In this document: in pieces, positions 24,102 to 25,831 of the stretch
Layout: each line of letters opens with the position of its first letter
Position numbering within the stretch: position 1 is the stretch's first letter
DNA from: Cyclobacteriaceae bacterium
GTDB lineage: Bacteria; Bacteroidota; Bacteroidia; Cytophagales; Cyclobacteriaceae
Assembly: GCA_051011275.1 (NCBI GenBank)
Contig: JBPCUG010000474.1
Location: 1 to 25,831, forward strand
DNA: 25,831 bases
Reading direction: 5' to 3'
Program-made: the position numbers and the translations under genes
The notes under the pieces: generated by a model
Databases searched by the model: none
Told to the model about the DNA's origin: nothing
Seen by the model: only the letters and a program-made list of their open reading frames with translations

Positions 24102-25166
24102 ATGGGTTACAATTTGCAGCTTTCGTTTAATCGGGGACATTTACCTGCCTTGGACGGCCTTAGAGGATTGGCCATAACTCTGGTACTTCTACACCATAGT
24201 TTTGGCTTCTTAGGTTCCCCCTTAGGACCATTCGTTCATGTAGGTTGGATCGGAGTGGATTTGTTCTTTGTACTTTCGGGATTCCTTATCACGGGCATTT
24301 TGGTAGATTCCAAAGAGAAACCCAATTATTATAGAAATTTTATTGGTAGACGTACGCTGAGAATTTTTCCTCTTTATTATCTGTCATTGACCCTGTTTTT
24401 TATTTTCGTGCCCCAGGAAAATTATGGCAATTATTTCGTTAATAACCAAATATATTTTTGGACTTATACTCAGAACCTGCTATTTGCTTTCACGGATTGG
24501 CCTAGTCATAAGATTCTCAATCACTTTTGGTCTTTAGCCATTGAAGAACAATTCTATCTATTTTGGCCCTTAATTATTTGGTTATTTTCTACAAAAAATC
24601 TAGTAAGAACCAGTATAATTGGAATAGTAATCAGCTTAGTAATTAGAAACCTTTGGACCGAGGTTCCATTTGGGTACACTTTTACACTGGCTAGAATTGA
24701 TACCTTGCTGATTGGAGCGCTAATCGCCATCATGATTCGCAGTAACAAACAAATCCTTGAAAGAATGGCTCCACTAGCAGGGGCGCTCGCACTAGTGACG
24801 CTTATTAGTATCATCGGGATTAGCGAAAGTACTGCCATGGACAAACCCCTGATGATTAGATTTGGCTACACCGCTGCCGCAGTCATGTTCGGAGCACTTC
24901 TTATCTTCAGCTTCGACACAAATCGGTTAGGAAAGTTTGTTAAAAATTGTCTGGACGTCCAGGTATTAAGATTCTTAGGCAAGTATTCCTATGGAATTTA
25001 CGTTTATCACTGGATTTTATACAATACCATTTTTCGTTCATTAATGGATGTATTTTTGAATCGATGGTTAGCAACCATTGTTTATCTTACTATTACCTTA
25101 ATATTAGCCTTATTGAGCTACCATCTTTTCGAGTCGAGATTTTTAAAACTTAAAAAATATTTTTAG
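24102..25166 (+). CDS. Acyltransferase family 3 (OafA/YrhL-like) integral membrane acyltransferase, 354 aa, no SGNH domain
   Basis: Family motifs ALDGLRGLAI, GVDLFFVLSGFLIT, RRTLRIFPLYY, HFWSLAIEEQFYLFWP, LGKYSYGIYVYHW and SYHLFE, with about 10 hydrophobic segments. Confidence 0.92.
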   Translation: MGYNLQLSFNRGHLPALDGLRGLAITLVLLHHSFGFLGSPLGPFVHVGWIGVDLFFVLSGFLITGILVDSKEKPNYYRNFIGRRTLRIFPLYYLSLTLFFIFVPQENYGNYFVNNQIYFWTYTQNLLFAFTDWPSHKILNHFWSLAIEEQFYLFWPLIIWLFSTKNLVRTSIIGIVISLVIRNLWTEVPFGYTFTLARIDTLLIGALIAIMIRSNKQILERMAPLAGALALVTLISIIGISESTAMDKPLMIRFGYTAAAVMFGALLIFSFDTNRLGKFVKNCLDVQVLRFLGKYSYGIYVYHWILYNTIFRSLMDVFLNRWLATIVYLTITLILALLSYHLFESRFLKLKKYF

Positions 25167-25193
25167 CGATATTAACCTTTGACGGCATCCACC

Positions 25194-25736
25194 ATGAACC
25201 TCGAGCCAACACTTATCATTTCATTGAAAATTCTGGGATACTCTTTTACCCTGTGCTTATTGTATTTGCTATTTTTTCTAACTAGTAAGACTTTGACAAA
25301 GAAGAATGCAAACTACTATACTTTAATAACCGTGGTTTTGTCGATGATAATTATCACCTACATAGGACTAAAAGACATAGCCCTCTGGCGCCCACAATAT
25401 GACACCTTCATCCTAATTTTAATTGGGGTGATAATAGCCCTCATAAGTGAGGTATTCCTTCAAATGTATAAACCTATCCAAACAAATTTTAAGTTGAATA
25501 GTCCTATGAGGCTTCCCAAGTGGTACCTGAATATGAAGGCTCGTAGAGCTTTCGTAATCACCTTCATTTACGGTGTTGCAGTTTCTATTCCTATCGTGTT
25601 ATATATTAAAGGCCACAGTAACCAATTAGTGGGAGCGGTTTCGGTTGGATTTGTTGGAATGTATCTCATCAAAAGTAAAATCATTGCAATCCTTGGACGC
25701 TTTTATTCTTGGACCATTGGCAAACCAAGAGCTTAG
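25194..25736 (+). CDS. Hypothetical integral membrane protein, about 180 aa, about 5 hydrophobic segments
   Basis: Open frame 27 nt after the acyltransferase stop, with several long hydrophobic stretches. ATG 25194 preferred over TTG 25179. No family recognised. Confidence 0.65.
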   Translation: MNLEPTLIISLKILGYSFTLCLLYLLFFLTSKTLTKKNANYYTLITVVLSMIIITYIGLKDIALWRPQYDTFILILIGVIIALISEVFLQMYKPIQTNFKLNSPMRLPKWYLNMKARRAFVITFIYGVAVSIPIVLYIKGHSNQLVGAVSVGFVGMYLIKSKIIAILGRFYSWTIGKPRA

Positions 25737-25776
25737 CTGGTCGTTAATTTGATCTTACAAACTCACCGTTTCTCTG

Positions 25777-25831
25777 AGGTCGCGAGCGGATTCGAACCGC
25801 TGTGAAAGGTTTTGCAGACCTCTGCCTAGCC
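25777..25831 (-). tRNA. tRNA-Cys(GCA), 5' part cut off by the window edge
   Basis: Minus strand GGCTAGGCA-GAGGT-CT-GCA-AA-ACCTT-TCAC-AGCGG-TTCGAAT-CCGCT-CGCGACC-T. It shows the anticodon arm (GCA at 25815-25813), the T-arm with TTCGAAT, the acceptor 3' strand and the U73 discriminator typical of tRNA-Cys. CCA is not encoded. Confidence 0.93.

Noticed and set aside
24098-24130. Out-of-frame ATG giving MNGLQFAAFV*, possibly a leader peptide or 5' frameshift
   Set aside because: The acyltransferase frame from 24102 is already complete before its first family motif, and nothing supports a function for the short frame.
1-25831. CRISPR arrays, IS elements, integrases, rRNA, and epimerisation, cyclisation or halogenase domains
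   Set aside because: No regularly spaced repeats, transposase or recombinase motifs, or corresponding domain motifs were seen. All four C domains have ordinary HHxxxDG motifs and normal C-A-T spacing.

Overview
About 23.6 kb of the window is one tightly packed minus-strand operon encoding a hybrid cis-AT PKS/NRPS assembly line. Gene order in transcription direction: (1) a loading protein DH-[FkbH N-domain interrupted by an FkbM O-methyltransferase]-HAD-ACP; (2) a single-module PKS KS-AT-KR-ACP; (3) an NRPS C-A(Thr)-T; (4) an NRPS C-A(Ser-clade variant)-T broken by one in-frame TAG at 9830-9832; (5) a bimodular NRPS C-A-T-C-A-T-TE with two Gly-clade variant A domains and a very atypical TE (Cys nucleophile, no catalytic His); (6) a CE4-like polysaccharide deacetylase; (7) a decayed remnant of a DUF354-like (GT-B-like) gene. 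Divergently transcribed across an AT-rich intergenic region with two long palindromes are an acyltransferase-3 membrane protein and a small membrane protein of unknown function. The 3' part of a tRNA-Cys(GCA) lies at the right edge. The tRNA sequence and the mostly SD-less, A-rich start contexts suggest a Bacteroidota host (inference). My leading hypothesis is a glycerate-primed polyketide-peptide that is transferred to an amine acceptor, possibly a deacetylated glycan, rather than simply released. All family assignments come from motifs read by eye; no database searches or alignments were run, and domain boundaries are approximate.
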